Shown: positions 35,535 to 45,814 of the stretch, one piece after another | Position numbering within the stretch: the first letter of the stretch is position 1 | Layout of the letters: each line of letters opens with the position of its first letter | From: a virus | Lineage: Duplodnaviria > Caudoviricetes | Virus record (IMG/VR): IMGVR_UViG_3300021976_000017 | Location: 1-57,168 of that record | DNA length: 57,168 nt | Direction: 5' to 3' (one strand) | Made by a program: the position numbers and the translations under genes | The notes under the pieces: model-generated | What the model saw: only the letters and a program-made list of their open reading frames with translations | Database searches by the model: none | What the model was told of the DNA's origin: nothing

Positions 35535-35912
35535 CTAGGTCGCGGACAGCGTGATCGACCCGGCGGCGAAGGTGATCGAAGCGGCCGTGACCGAGCTGGT
35601 GAGCGCGCCGCCGATCGCGTAGGTGCCTGCGCCGTAGGTGGCCGAGTTCCACGTGCCGAAGTGAGTGACGGGGACCGAGCCGGCCGTGGCGAAGGTCAGG
35701 GCCGTCGAGTTGGTCTTGGTGCCGGTGCCTGAGTTGGCTGCGTTCCATGAGCATGCCTGGCGGGCGTAGGAGCCGGTGTTGGCGTTCTCGTTGGCGCCGG
35801 TCGTGGACGGGCTGGATGTATGCAGGCTGACGTCGGGAATCACGTTGGTCGAGCCGGTGCCGTCCAGTCCGTTGAGTGCGGCAGCCTCGGCGGCTCCCGA
35901 AGCGAGTGGCAT
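35535..35912 (-). CDS. Small tail-fibre-like structural protein
   Basis: SLHT..P..TGANE....YARQ, VTHFG.W motifs. Confidence 0.7.
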   Translation of the reverse strand: MPLASGAAEAAALNGLDGTGSTNVIPDVSLHTSSPSTTGANENANTGSYARQACSWNAANSGTGTKTNSTALTFATAGSVPVTHFGTWNSATYGAGTYAIGGALTSSVTAASITFAAGSITLSAT

Positions 35913-36190
35913 TACTCAGCCCTCCCGGGCTCGTAGATGAACGGGTTGTCGGCGTCGTGGTCGGGATGGCCCTCGGCCTCGTGGCGTAGTCCGATCTGGT
36001 GGGCGACCTCATCGGCGTGGGCCTGGTTCTCGACCTCGATGAAGTCGTCGGACACGTTGTAGGTGGTGCCATCGGCGAGCGTGATGTCGCCCTTGACCGG
36101 GCCGGTCAGCACGACCGGCTTGTCCGGGTCCGGCGGGTCCTGCCGGTAGTTGGCGACCCCATCGGGGCCCACGGTGCGGATCAGAGGCAT
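35912..36190 (-). CDS. Hypothetical protein
   Basis: ORF track; TAATG coupling. Confidence 0.6.
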   Translation of the reverse strand: MPLIRTVGPDGVANYRQDPPDPDKPVVLTGPVKGDITLADGTTYNVSDDFIEVENQAHADEVAHQIGLRHEAEGHPDHDADNPFIYEPGRAE

Positions 36191-36240
36191 GGGAATGCCG
36201 TCCTTATCTGGAGTTATGCAACTGGGTCAGTTGGACGCGG

Positions 36241-36687
36241 TCAGGCGGCTAGCGCGTGGTCGGTCTGGGTTGGGAGAAGCGACGCGCCTTCGGACCACGG
36301 CGCGGCGAGCGACGCGAGCGCCTTCAACAGGGCGGCGATCATCGTCGGGACCGCGACAGCGAGCGCCGCTTTCCAGTCGGCGTGCACCACGGAATGGGTC
36401 ATCTGGTCAGCGGCGAGGACACCGAAGAACGACTGCAGCCCCGTCTTGACGGTGCGCCAGACGACGTCCCACAGGACGGGAAGCTTCGGGATCGAGAACG
36501 TCAAGATCGACGTGATCAGCGACAGAACCGCGGCGAACCCGGCGACGTCAGCGGCGAGGCCCCACTGCTGGTAGGAGACCAGCCCGACCGAGCCGGTCGC
36601 GAGGAGCAGCACCGTGAACTGCTGCACGAACGTCGACGAGGCGCGTTCGAGCGGGTCGAGCAGGTAGGCGTGGACGAGGTTGGACAT
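36241..36687 (-). CDS. Holin (duplicated r1t-like unit)
   Basis: ERA..TF.Q and RT.KT..Q repeats with TM segments; AGGAGG RBS. Confidence 0.75.
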   Translation of the reverse strand: MSNLVHAYLLDPLERASSTFVQQFTVLLLATGSVGLVSYQQWGLAADVAGFAAVLSLITSILTFSIPKLPVLWDVVWRTVKTGLQSFFGVLAADQMTHSVVHADWKAALAVAVPTMIAALLKALASLAAPWSEGASLLPTQTDHALAA

Positions 36688-36745
36688 GGAACCCTCCTGG
36701 GCGAAGCGGTTCAGGGGCTTGCAGGGCTGAGTGAGGCCGAAGGCG

Positions 36746-37477
36746 TTACGGGCCTGGCGGGGGTGAGGTGCAGACGATGACGGCCCCGCCGTCGAGTTGC
36801 GGCTGCGGAGTCGGGCTGTATCCGGCGGGGCAGTCCGGGCCGGCTGGCCCCGTCGGCCCGGTGTCGCCTTGCGGTCCGGTCGCGCCGTCAGTTCCGTTGG
36901 CGCCGTCCTTGCCGTCGGCCCCGGCCGGGCCTTGCGCGCCTTCCGGGCCGGTGACCGACGAACCCGACGGGCCGGGCGGCCCGGTGACAGATGAGCCGTC
37001 CGCACCGCGGACACCGGGCAAACCCTGCGGACCGGTATGGCCGGTGTCGCCCTTCGGGCCAGCAGGACCGGACGGACCGGCGGGCCCCTGGACGGCGGGC
37101 ACGGTCACGGTCACGGTTGGCAGCGGTACCTGTGAGGACGGGGTCGGGACCGGAGGTAGGCCGTTCGCCCTCAGCCGGCCGTTGGCTTGACTGGCCTGGC
37201 CTTGCGCCTGCGCGGCCGCGATGCACGGGCCGCGTTTGTCCCCGGCCACGCACGGGTCGTTCGCGTTGTGCCGGGCCTCGGCCGCGTTGCGGTCCGACGT
37301 GGAGGACACCGACCACAAGGCGCCGGCCACGATCGCGACAGCGACAGCCAGCACCGCGAGACCGGCCCATATGGCTCGGTCCCGCCAGAACGGCTCCGTC
37401 GGCCCGGCGTGCTTCCCGCCGATCCGGTCCAGATCCTCATCCGGCAGCGACTCCGGGATCGGCGGAAACTCAGTCAC
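36746..37477 (-). CDS. Membrane-anchored collagen-like protein in lysis cassette
   Basis: One TM segment, long Gly-X-Y run, terminal Cys pair. Confidence 0.8.
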   Translation of the reverse strand: MTEFPPIPESLPDEDLDRIGGKHAGPTEPFWRDRAIWAGLAVLAVAVAIVAGALWSVSSTSDRNAAEARHNANDPCVAGDKRGPCIAAAQAQGQASQANGRLRANGLPPVPTPSSQVPLPTVTVTVPAVQGPAGPSGPAGPKGDTGHTGPQGLPGVRGADGSSVTGPPGPSGSSVTGPEGAQGPAGADGKDGANGTDGATGPQGDTGPTGPAGPDCPAGYSPTPQPQLDGGAVIVCTSPPPGP

Positions 37478-37796
37478 CGGAGGCTCCGGGCAGCCGCGGC
37501 AACCGCTGCTGCTCGCATTCGTCCCACCGCTCGCGGAACATCTCGGCCCGATCCTCGGCCCGCGTCACCCGGGCTTGCAGCCGCTTCATCTCCGGGACGA
37601 CGAACTGCTCCCGGTACACATCGACGGCTTCTGCGCCCGCGGCCCGGTTGTGTCTGCGCTGCGTCGCCTTCGACGGCTTCGCGCGCCGCGTCGTGCTCAA
37701 CGCGACCAGCACCCCGCCGAGAGCGGTGAACAGCGCACCTACCGCGATCCACAAGCTTCCCGCGTTCACGTCGAGAGCAGCATCGGCTAGCCACAC
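37470..37796 (-). CDS. Membrane protein (lysis accessory)
   Basis: One TM segment plus coiled coil. Confidence 0.65.
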   Translation of the reverse strand: MWLADAALDVNAGSLWIAVGALFTALGGVLVALSTTRRAKPSKATQRRHNRAAGAEAVDVYREQFVVPEMKRLQARVTRAEDRAEMFRERWDECEQQRLPRLPGASGD

Positions 37797-37837
37797 TGGT
37801 CACCCCTGCCCGCTCGTCGGTGCTCAATGGACGAGGA

Positions 37838-38512
37838 TCAGATGCCGAGCTTCGCCTCGATCGCGGTCAGGCGGTTAGCGAACGAGTCCATGTTGTTGGG
37901 GTGCGTCTCGTTGCCCTTCGGATCCTTTTTCCCGTGCATCAGCACCACGATGTCGTCGTGCAGCGGGTCGGTGTGCGCCTTGATGACCGCGTCGAGATCA
38001 GTCTTGGTTGCCATGTCGAACCAGTCCTTCGTTGGTGTCGGAGCGATTGCCAGACCCCACGCTGCGCGTGAGTCCAGCGCTGGAACCCAACCGGATGGGC
38101 TGGGGTTACGGCCGTTGACCTGGGTCACACTGATGTGCAGGTGTCCGTAGTCGCCCGGGTCGTTGTGCGTGCCGGTGCCGAACCAGGTGGTGATCACGCC
38201 GTCTTTATGGACGTAGCCGTAAGGCCAGACCCGTGAGTCGTGGGCGGCGTATTTGGCTTGGATGAAGTTGAACAGGGCCTGCTGGATCGCCTGCGGCCCG
38301 CCGATGTCGATGGCGCGGACGTAGCGCTTCCCGTTGTGGGTGATGAACGGGTTGTGGTCCGAGCCGTACCCCTCGGTCTGGTGGCTGGAGTCGCCGATCT
38401 CGCCGAGGTTGACTGCATCCGGGTACTTCTGGGCGATCTCCGAACACAGCACCTGCAGGCACGGCGCGAGGATGATGCCGTTCCCGAAGTCGGTCGTGAA
38501 GGTATAGGTCAT
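37838..38512 (-). CDS. Endolysin, M15-like zinc peptidase
   Basis: IGD..H, SDHNP, VRAIDI, HLHIS; precedes holin cluster. Confidence 0.75.
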   Translation of the reverse strand: MTYTFTTDFGNGIILAPCLQVLCSEIAQKYPDAVNLGEIGDSSHQTEGYGSDHNPFITHNGKRYVRAIDIGGPQAIQQALFNFIQAKYAAHDSRVWPYGYVHKDGVITTWFGTGTHNDPGDYGHLHISVTQVNGRNPSPSGWVPALDSRAAWGLAIAPTPTKDWFDMATKTDLDAVIKAHTDPLHDDIVVLMHGKKDPKGNETHPNNMDSFANRLTAIEAKLGI

Positions 38513-38540
38513 GCGAGTTTCCCCTTGCGTAGGAGGGAGA

Positions 38541-39182
38541 TCAGCCGCCCACGACCGCGAATGACGCGTTCGAGATGCCAGGGCCGAAGGTGGCGTTGTT
38601 CGCGGTGCTGCTGGACACGCCGACTTGCAGGTTCCATGCGCCGCTCGCGCCTGGGATCCACGGGTAGCGGAAACCCGTGTCGACCGCGGCGGCGCCGGTG
38701 GAGCCGGTGATCGGCTGCTGCGCCTGAACAACGACGGGTGAGCCGATGACGACCGTGCCTTGCAGGGCGTGCACCCTGACGATCGTGGCCGTCGCACCGG
38801 CCGCTGAATACCGGCCGAACACCTCGATCCAATACTTCCGCCCGGCCGTCACCGTGACGGCCACGGCCAGCGAAGGATGCAGCACTTCGGTGACGCCCGA
38901 GGATGACGCCGTCGTCGCTGAGGTCACCGCAGCGAGGTCACCGCCGGGCAGCGGCTCCCAGTTGACGCCGGTGTAGAACTCCATCCGCTTGGTGTCCTGC
39001 TGGTAGGACTGCATGCCGCCGACCGGCGAGGGGATCGCGGTGGTGCGCGCGGCCGAGGTGGCGAACACCATGACCAGCTGCTTCTCCAACGCCTGCGCCA
39101 GGGTCTGCACATGCAGCGGCACGTTCGTGACGTCGGACAACTGCATGATCGGCAGACCCTGGACGGGTGTAGTGGTAGGCAT
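38541..39182 (-). CDS. Minor tail protein
   Basis: MPTTTP..GLP, FAT.AAR...IPSP..GM motif. Confidence 0.7.
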   Translation of the reverse strand: MPTTTPVQGLPIMQLSDVTNVPLHVQTLAQALEKQLVMVFATSAARTTAIPSPVGGMQSYQQDTKRMEFYTGVNWEPLPGGDLAAVTSATTASSSGVTEVLHPSLAVAVTVTAGRKYWIEVFGRYSAAGATATIVRVHALQGTVVIGSPVVVQAQQPITGSTGAAAVDTGFRYPWIPGASGAWNLQVGVSSSTANNATFGPGISNASFAVVGG

Positions 39183-39189
39183 AGCGCTC

Positions 39190-39423
39190 CTAGCCGATCT
39201 TGAAGGCGACGAACATGCGGCGGGAATCGGCCAGCACAAGCACCACGTCATTGACCGCGAGAGTCAGGGCGGCGCTGTAGTTGACGGTGAGCGTCGAGCC
39301 GTCGCCGAGGTTGATGCCGACCAAGTGAGAGGCCGGGGCGACCGAGACGGTCGCAGTGAGCATCCGCAGTCCCGCCCCGGCCGCTCGAGCGGCGACCTGA
39401 GCGATGGCTTCAGTGCGTTTCAC
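39190..39423 (-). CDS. Minor tail protein (small)
   Basis: [10 protein letters not shown]-like motif; position in tail module. Confidence 0.6.
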   Translation of the reverse strand: MKRTEAIAQVAARAAGAGLRMLTATVSVAPASHLVGINLGDGSTLTVNYSAALTLAVNDVVLVLADSRRMFVAFKIG

Positions 39424-39773
39424 GTGCCGGCCGTGTCGTCGAGCTGGTTGAGCAGCAGCCGGATCAGTGCGCTGCATTCGCGGGTGAGCAGTGCGACCTG
39501 CGGGATAGCCTGGGCGGCCGTCACGGGTGTTGGGAGCGCCAGATAGGTGGCGTTAGCGGCGAGCGCGATCTGGGCTCGCTGGCGCAGCGTGACGCCGTTC
39601 GCGGTGACAATCTGGGCGGCCGGCTGGCCGAGGATCATGGTGGCTTCAGTGGGTCGCAGTTCGCGCTGCTCGACGACCGCGCCGTACAGGTCGTGCCGCT
39701 CGTAGGTTGCGGCGTCGGTGTCGAAGATTTCGCGGACCGTGCCTCCGTCGTCGAAGAACGTCTGGTAGATCAC
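39420..39773 (-). CDS. Hypothetical tail-region protein
   Basis: ORF track; coupled. Confidence 0.6.
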   Translation of the reverse strand: MIYQTFFDDGGTVREIFDTDAATYERHDLYGAVVEQRELRPTEATMILGQPAAQIVTANGVTLRQRAQIALAANATYLALPTPVTAAQAIPQVALLTRECSALIRLLLNQLDDTAGT

Positions 39774-40867
39774 TGGTTCGCCTCGTCCGGCTTGTTGGAG
39801 CGCGTGGTGCCGCTCATTGCCCCGTTCGCCAGGCTCAGGCTCAAGGTCTGGATCATGTGCAGTTCGACCTGCCCGGTGGGGTAGACGATCTGGATCACGT
39901 CACCGCCGTCGAGTGCAGGGTTGGGCACCGCGGCGAAGTTGACGGAGAACGCTGAGCCGACCGAGCGCGCGAGCACACCGTTGGCGGCAGTGGTGGCCTG
40001 GGCGGTATTGGTGATCAGGGCCGAGGTGTAGAAGCGGGGAACCTGCCCGAAGTTACCCAGCCAGTTGGTCGCCGAGTTGGGATCGAAGTCATAGGCGATG
40101 GCTTGGACTGGCGGGGTGCCATCGATCGGGTCCGAAGTGGCAACCACGGCGTTGTAGACGTTCTGACGATTCAACGTGCGCTGAGCCGAGACCATGACGC
40201 CCGCGGCACCCGCGTCGATCGTCCAGACCGGGCTGAGGGCGAGGGTGGGCACCGGGCGGATGAAGCAGGTGCCGCCCGGATCGAAGATCACCTCGGCGCC
40301 GATCGAGGTGGCCATGTCGCTGATGGCGCCCCAGCGGTCCTGCGTCCAGGACATGAGCGTGGCCAGGGTAGTGGCGGTGGTCTGGTTGGTGACCACCTGG
40401 CCCGGCAGTGCACCCACGATCAGGCGAGTGATCTCGGCAACGATGGTGTGGTTGGTGATCGACTGGAACGGGGCCAGGAACTGAGCCTCTTGGAGCTTCT
40501 TGACCCGGTCGGAGCACTGCAGCGTGATCAGCGACGAACCGGTGGACGGGCCGGCTTCGTCGATGCGTAGCCGCCCGACCGGGACCAGTTCCTGGCTGCG
40601 GTCTGGGTACTGCACGCCGAGGCTGAGCTGAATCTCGTTCCCGTACGGCGCGAGAGGATCGGTCGCGGCCCACGGCACCAGCGCTGAGCTGGCGATCGAG
40701 ACGGTGGCCGTGCGCCGGACCGGTGAGCCAGCGTCCACATTCAGGGTGCCGTCGCTGACCGGCAGGCCGGCCGCGAGCAGCATGGCGCCGCTGTACAGGT
40801 CGGCCTTCACGACCGGTGTGTGGGACTGGCGCAGCGCCTGCAGGAACGCGCCGCTGACCGCCTGCAC
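39770..40867 (-). CDS. Minor tail protein (DUF5047-like hub)
   Basis: [25 protein letters not shown]. Confidence 0.8.
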   Translation of the reverse strand: MQAVSGAFLQALRQSHTPVVKADLYSGAMLLAAGLPVSDGTLNVDAGSPVRRTATVSIASSALVPWAATDPLAPYGNEIQLSLGVQYPDRSQELVPVGRLRIDEAGPSTGSSLITLQCSDRVKKLQEAQFLAPFQSITNHTIVAEITRLIVGALPGQVVTNQTTATTLATLMSWTQDRWGAISDMATSIGAEVIFDPGGTCFIRPVPTLALSPVWTIDAGAAGVMVSAQRTLNRQNVYNAVVATSDPIDGTPPVQAIAYDFDPNSATNWLGNFGQVPRFYTSALITNTAQATTAANGVLARSVGSAFSVNFAAVPNPALDGGDVIQIVYPTGQVELHMIQTLSLSLANGAMSGTTRSNKPDEANQ

Positions 40868-41647
40868 TTAGGGGCTGCCCGAATTGACGACGAGGTCGGA
40901 GTAGACGTGCCCCGAGGCGGCGAGCGTGCCGTAGTTCGCCCACGAAGCCAGCAGCACTGCGTAGGTGTTGTTCGAACCGCCCGAGGCCGCACCAGCCGGC
41001 GGGTCGACCTGATCGAACGGCAGGCTGTAATCCCGGTAGCCGTCGTTCATGTCCGGGCTCGGCTCGACCCCCACGTCGCCGATCGACATGTAGAGGTTGC
41101 CGAGGTTGCTGACCTTCGGCGCCTGCAGCAGCAGCGGCGCCCCGTCGGCGAGCATCAGCAGCAGCGTGCCCTCGACGGTGGTGTCGGGCACCATCACGGT
41201 CAGCGTCCCAGCCAGGCCAGCGCGGGCCATCGACAGCACCACCGGGCGGGACCGGCCCACCACGGTGAGGACTTCCCGCCGCGCTGCTCGCACCTGCTGC
41301 TCGATCCCGGGGGCCGCCCCGGGGATCTTCATGTTCAGCGCCGGCTTACCCGGATGCTTCAGCCACAGCAGCCCATACGGGGTGTCGGTCACCGCGGCGG
41401 ACGCGGTCAGCGTGGCGCCCGTGTTGGACACGGCGGTGTAGCTGGCGGTGACCCCGACCGGTGCCTCGTAGTCGAAGTCCGTCCACGCCGCCGCCACTAG
41501 CGTGGCCGGGTTGCCTGAGCGGACCGGGTTGATCGACCCGTCCGGATCGGTGCGCGTGACGGTCGCCGAGGTCATGCCGGTCCAGTTCAGCGACAGTTGG
41601 ACGCGGCCGTTGACCGGGTCGTTGGCGGCGGTGAAGGTGGCGACCAT
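40868..41647 (-). CDS. Distal/minor tail protein
   Basis: DYEAP.G, WLKHPG.P, VVGRSRPV; follows tape measure. Confidence 0.75.
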   Translation of the reverse strand: MVATFTAANDPVNGRVQLSLNWTGMTSATVTRTDPDGSINPVRSGNPATLVAAAWTDFDYEAPVGVTASYTAVSNTGATLTASAAVTDTPYGLLWLKHPGKPALNMKIPGAAPGIEQQVRAARREVLTVVGRSRPVVLSMARAGLAGTLTVMVPDTTVEGTLLLMLADGAPLLLQAPKVSNLGNLYMSIGDVGVEPSPDMNDGYRDYSLPFDQVDPPAGAASGGSNNTYAVLLASWANYGTLAASGHVYSDLVVNSGSP

Positions 41648-44600
41648 TTACGGGACCCGCCCGGCGAGCAGCGAGCGGGTCTCGGCCTGGCTGTGGTGTT
41701 CGATCCGAACATCGGCGCGGTGGTCGATCACGTCACCGTCGAGCATCGCCGTCACATACACGACGGGCACCTGGCCGCTGGCCCCGATGCTGGGCACCGA
41801 GGCGCGGGGAAGCGACGCCGCGGCGAGCGAGGTGGCGGCACGCCGGACTGTCGGCTCATGCGACGCGATCCCGTTCGCCAAGCCGAGCCCGAAATAGGCG
41901 CCTAGGTCGTGCCCGACCTGCGACGGCGAATGGATCTTCAGCGACTTCTTGATCTGGTTGACCATCACGTCGGCCAGTCGCTTCATCTGAGCGTCGAGCG
42001 ATTTCTCCTGCGACTTCAAACCCGCGACGAGGCCCTTCGCGGCGTTCACCCCAGCCCCGTACAGCGAGTTAGCGGTCGCCTTACCGGCCGAGGTGCCCGC
42101 CGCGCCGAGCTGGCTGTACAGGGTGTCGAACTGACGGATCTGCGCTGCGGACGCACCGGCCAGCGCGGACAGGTTCGTCCCCGCCTGGTCCGGGCCGGCC
42201 TCGGCGAGCTGCTGCAGCACCGTCTTGGACAGGCCCTTCTTGCCGAGCGCCTTCAGGTTGGAGCTGAACTTCGCTGACTGGTCGACCCGGAACTTCAACG
42301 ACGCCAGGATCGAGTCGGGACTGGACGCACCACCGGATTGCTGCCCGGCGGTCGTGATGTCGAAACTGCCCAGCACCGCGGAGCGGACCGTGCGGATCTC
42401 GTCGTTGTACTGCCCCTGCACCGCCGCCAACTTGCTGTTGGCCGCCTTCAGCTTGTTCGCGACGACAGCGCGCCGCGCCGACTCCGACACCAGTTGGCTG
42501 TTCTCCCGGGCGATCGTGTTGACCAGGCTGGCGGAGCCGGCGCCCTTCAACGTCGCGGTCCGCACGTCGGCGAGCAGCGTCCGCGTCGCCGCCGCGAGTG
42601 AGCTCGTGGATCCGGTGATGGCCTGGATCAGCCGAGCGAAATCCGTGTTGTCGATCTTGAAGCGGATGTTCGCGCGCTGCGCGGCGAGCGACTTCTGCTG
42701 CGCCGCGGTCGTACCCGACGCGAACCCCGGAATGGACTGCCCCGTCGGACCGCCGGGCAGCATCTTCCGCGCGTCGCGGTTGGAGTAGATGTCGAGTTTC
42801 GCGCCGACCTTGTGCGCGAGTTCCCACGTGTTCGGGTTGCCCTCACCGAGGGTGAACCAGCCCTCCGGCGCGTGCCCGCCCGCAGCACCGCCGGGGATAC
42901 GTGAGTCGCGGCCCTGCGCGCGTGCGGTCGGCAGGATCACGTTCTTCACGTAGGTGGTGATGTCGATCGTGTGGTCCTTGAGCGCGGCCAGGTTCTCCTG
43001 GATCTTCGTGATCTGCGTCGACGCGGAGTCCTTGACCGAGATCGTCGGGTGCACCTTCGTGCCCGCGATCGCCAGCATGATCCCCCGGATCGACTGCAAG
43101 ACGCTCAGGACCGGGTTGGCGCCTTCCTGCTCGATCTTCGTTTTCACGTCCGCCGGGACTCCGAGGTATTCCTTGGCGAGGTTGTGCGCGGCGGTCTTGT
43201 TAAGCCCGAGCTTCGTCAGCTGATCCTCGAGCTGCGGCCCGGTGCGGGACACGTATTGGTTGTAGGCGTCGGCGCCGGCGACGACACCGCCCTTGGTGGC
43301 GACCTCATGCTGGAACGTGGCTTGCGCGGCGGCGATCTGCGCGTCCTGAATCGACTGCAGACCGTGGATCAGCGGCGCGGCGGCAGCGTTATTGTAGTTG
43401 ATCACACCGGTCTTCAGGTTCACGATCGAAGCCAGATAGGCCTTCGTCGATTCGCCGTTCTTCCCCACAGCAGCCGCAGCGGACTTGATGTCCTCGCCGA
43501 ACGTCTTCTGCGCGACCGCCGCCTGGTTCAACGTGCCGGCGTAGCCGAGGGCATCCCCGGAGGCTTGCCGCAGGGTGGCGCCGATCAGCGCGGCCCGGTC
43601 CGCGCTGGAGCCCGCGGACTGGGCGAACTGCTGCTCAGTGGCCAGGAACGCCGTCCCGCCCGCGTCAGCGTTGTTGTACGCCTTTGCGACGAGATCCACA
43701 GCGTTGGCGTAACCCAGAGCTGACCCGACGCCGTTGCCCTTCAGTTCGTCCTGGGTGATGCCGAGCGCCGTCGCGTACTGCTGCACCTGCGCAGTGGTGA
43801 TCCCGAACGTCTTCGCCAACTGCGCCTGCGTGCCCTGCAGTTGGTAGTTCTGCGCGATCTCGACCTTCTGCCGATCAGCCTTCAGCTGATCAGCGTCGGT
43901 CTGCTTCTTCCGGGCGTCCTGCGCGGCCTGCAACGACGTGACCGTCAGCCCGAGCGAGTCCGCCTGCTTCGCGAGCAGCGGGTTCTGCTGCGCGAGAGCC
44001 TTGTTGTTCGCGGTCGTCGCGTCCGTGTAGTCCTTCTGCTGCTTCTGCGCCGCGAGGAACGCCTGCCGCTGCTCATACAGCACCGTGGTTTGTGTCTGCC
44101 CGACCGCGCCGCCCTTAGCCAACGCGACAGTCAGCTCCGAGTAGGCCTTCCCGCCGTGCTCGACCGCGTTCACCCACAGGTCGGTGGAGATCCCCAACTT
44201 CTGCAGGGTGGACAGCGACGCCGAGCTGGTCGCCTGCTGCAGCACCGCGTCCGTGGTTGCGGCTGTGACCGCCCCGTGGGTGTCCTGCAGCGTCTTCAGG
44301 TAGGCCTGGGTGGCTTGGTTCACGTACTGCTGCTTCGCGGCGTTGTCGGCCATGATCTGCGTCAGCCCGAACATCGCACCGGTGAAGATGACCGCCGCGC
44401 CGCCGGCAAGCCCGAGCCCGGCGGCGAGACCGGTCCCACCGGCGCCGAGGCCCTTCGCGGTCGTGGACACCGCCGCTAGGTTCTTCGCCACCGAGGACAG
44501 CACCGACAGGCCGGTCGACGCGATCCGCAGCGAGATGAACGCGGTCGCGAGAGCCGTGATCACCCCCGGCGGGAGGGCGTTGATCACGTCGGCGAACGTC

Positions 44601-45814
44601 TTCAGCACCGTTAGCGACACCCCGCCGAGCGGCCCGACAGACGCAGCGATGTGGGCGATGGCTGACCCGACAGAGTCGAGGGTCGCGATCGCCTCGGGGA
44701 GGTTCTGCTGCACGAACGCCTGGAACTTCCCGAGCCCGCCGCCGTTCGCGTACCGGTCGAACGACGCCGCCCCATGATCGGCGAGGACCGCGAGTTGCGA
44801 GAACAGCGGGTTCAGCGCGTGGAACCCGCCGATCAACCCACCGAGCACATGCCCGCCGATGTCGCCGCCGATCGCGGCGAAATCATGCACCTCGGGGTTC
44901 AGCAGCTTCAGCTGGGTCTGCGACCGGGCCACGGCGGCGTTGAACGGGCCGAGGAACCCTGACGCGGCGGACTTCTCCAGCCCGGCCAGGCTGAATTTCA
45001 ACGCTGTGATGTCGGCGGCATACTGCTGCCCCACCGGGGTGCCGGCAGCCATCTCCTTCTTGATCCCGAGGACGGCGAGGGCACCGGACGCGCCGAGCAG
45101 ACCGAACGCGCCCGCGCCAGCCAGAGCTACCGCAGTGAACGGCACCAAGGAAGGCCCGAGCGTCGACAGGGTCAGCGCGAGTAGATGCGCGTCATGCTGC
45201 TGCTTGAGGAACCCGTCCTTCGCGCCGACGTCGTCGACAGCCTTCCCGAACTCGGTGACCGCACTCCAGTCGCTTCTGCCGATGACCTTGGTGACGGGAC
45301 CCCATATGTCCGCGATCGCTGGCGCAGCCTTATGCGCGTCGGCCTCCAGAAGGCCGAGCTCGGCGCGCAACTTCACCAGTTGGGCCTGCGCCGCATCGGC
45401 ATTGATACGCAGCCGCACATCAGGTGACTCGCGGGAAATCGCTTCTAGCTTCGCCTGGAAGCCCTTCAACGTCGCCAGAGCAGCCGTGTCGGACAGGTTG
45501 AGCAGAACCCTCTTATCGGTCAACCGAGCCAGGTTCGCCCGAAGCTGCGCTAGTTGGCGTTGCGCTGGAGTCGAGTCGGCATCGATCGTCGCCTTCGGGA
45601 GGGCTTTAAGTGCCGCCTCCATACGGGACCGCAGCCGCCTCGAAAACTCGTCGCCGGCGTTGTCTCCCTGCCGGCCGAGACCGGCCGAAACCTGCCGGCC
45701 AACCTGATCCCCAGCCTGCCGGCCCTCAGCCTGGGTCTGCGCCTTGAACTTCGTCCAGAACGCACGCGCGTCCGGAACGACATCGACGGAGACAGAGCCG
45801 ATTGACGCGGTCAT
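41648..45814 (-). CDS. Tape measure protein
   Basis: About 1390 aa, Ala-rich; IGSVSVDVVPD start; LKIHSPS near C-terminus. Confidence 0.92.
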   Translation of the reverse strand: MTASIGSVSVDVVPDARAFWTKFKAQTQAEGRQAGDQVGRQVSAGLGRQGDNAGDEFSRRLRSRMEAALKALPKATIDADSTPAQRQLAQLRANLARLTDKRVLLNLSDTAALATLKGFQAKLEAISRESPDVRLRINADAAQAQLVKLRAELGLLEADAHKAAPAIADIWGPVTKVIGRSDWSAVTEFGKAVDDVGAKDGFLKQQHDAHLLALTLSTLGPSLVPFTAVALAGAGAFGLLGASGALAVLGIKKEMAAGTPVGQQYAADITALKFSLAGLEKSAASGFLGPFNAAVARSQTQLKLLNPEVHDFAAIGGDIGGHVLGGLIGGFHALNPLFSQLAVLADHGAASFDRYANGGGLGKFQAFVQQNLPEAIATLDSVGSAIAHIAASVGPLGGVSLTVLKTFADVINALPPGVITALATAFISLRIASTGLSVLSSVAKNLAAVSTTAKGLGAGGTGLAAGLGLAGGAAVIFTGAMFGLTQIMADNAAKQQYVNQATQAYLKTLQDTHGAVTAATTDAVLQQATSSASLSTLQKLGISTDLWVNAVEHGGKAYSELTVALAKGGAVGQTQTTVLYEQRQAFLAAQKQQKDYTDATTANNKALAQQNPLLAKQADSLGLTVTSLQAAQDARKKQTDADQLKADRQKVEIAQNYQLQGTQAQLAKTFGITTAQVQQYATALGITQDELKGNGVGSALGYANAVDLVAKAYNNADAGGTAFLATEQQFAQSAGSSADRAALIGATLRQASGDALGYAGTLNQAAVAQKTFGEDIKSAAAAVGKNGESTKAYLASIVNLKTGVINYNNAAAAPLIHGLQSIQDAQIAAAQATFQHEVATKGGVVAGADAYNQYVSRTGPQLEDQLTKLGLNKTAAHNLAKEYLGVPADVKTKIEQEGANPVLSVLQSIRGIMLAIAGTKVHPTISVKDSASTQITKIQENLAALKDHTIDITTYVKNVILPTARAQGRDSRIPGGAAGGHAPEGWFTLGEGNPNTWELAHKVGAKLDIYSNRDARKMLPGGPTGQSIPGFASGTTAAQQKSLAAQRANIRFKIDNTDFARLIQAITGSTSSLAAATRTLLADVRTATLKGAGSASLVNTIARENSQLVSESARRAVVANKLKAANSKLAAVQGQYNDEIRTVRSAVLGSFDITTAGQQSGGASSPDSILASLKFRVDQSAKFSSNLKALGKKGLSKTVLQQLAEAGPDQAGTNLSALAGASAAQIRQFDTLYSQLGAAGTSAGKATANSLYGAGVNAAKGLVAGLKSQEKSLDAQMKRLADVMVNQIKKSLKIHSPSQVGHDLGAYFGLGLANGIASHEPTVRRAATSLAAASLPRASVPSIGASGQVPVVYVTAMLDGDVIDHRADVRIEHHSQAETRSLLAGRVP

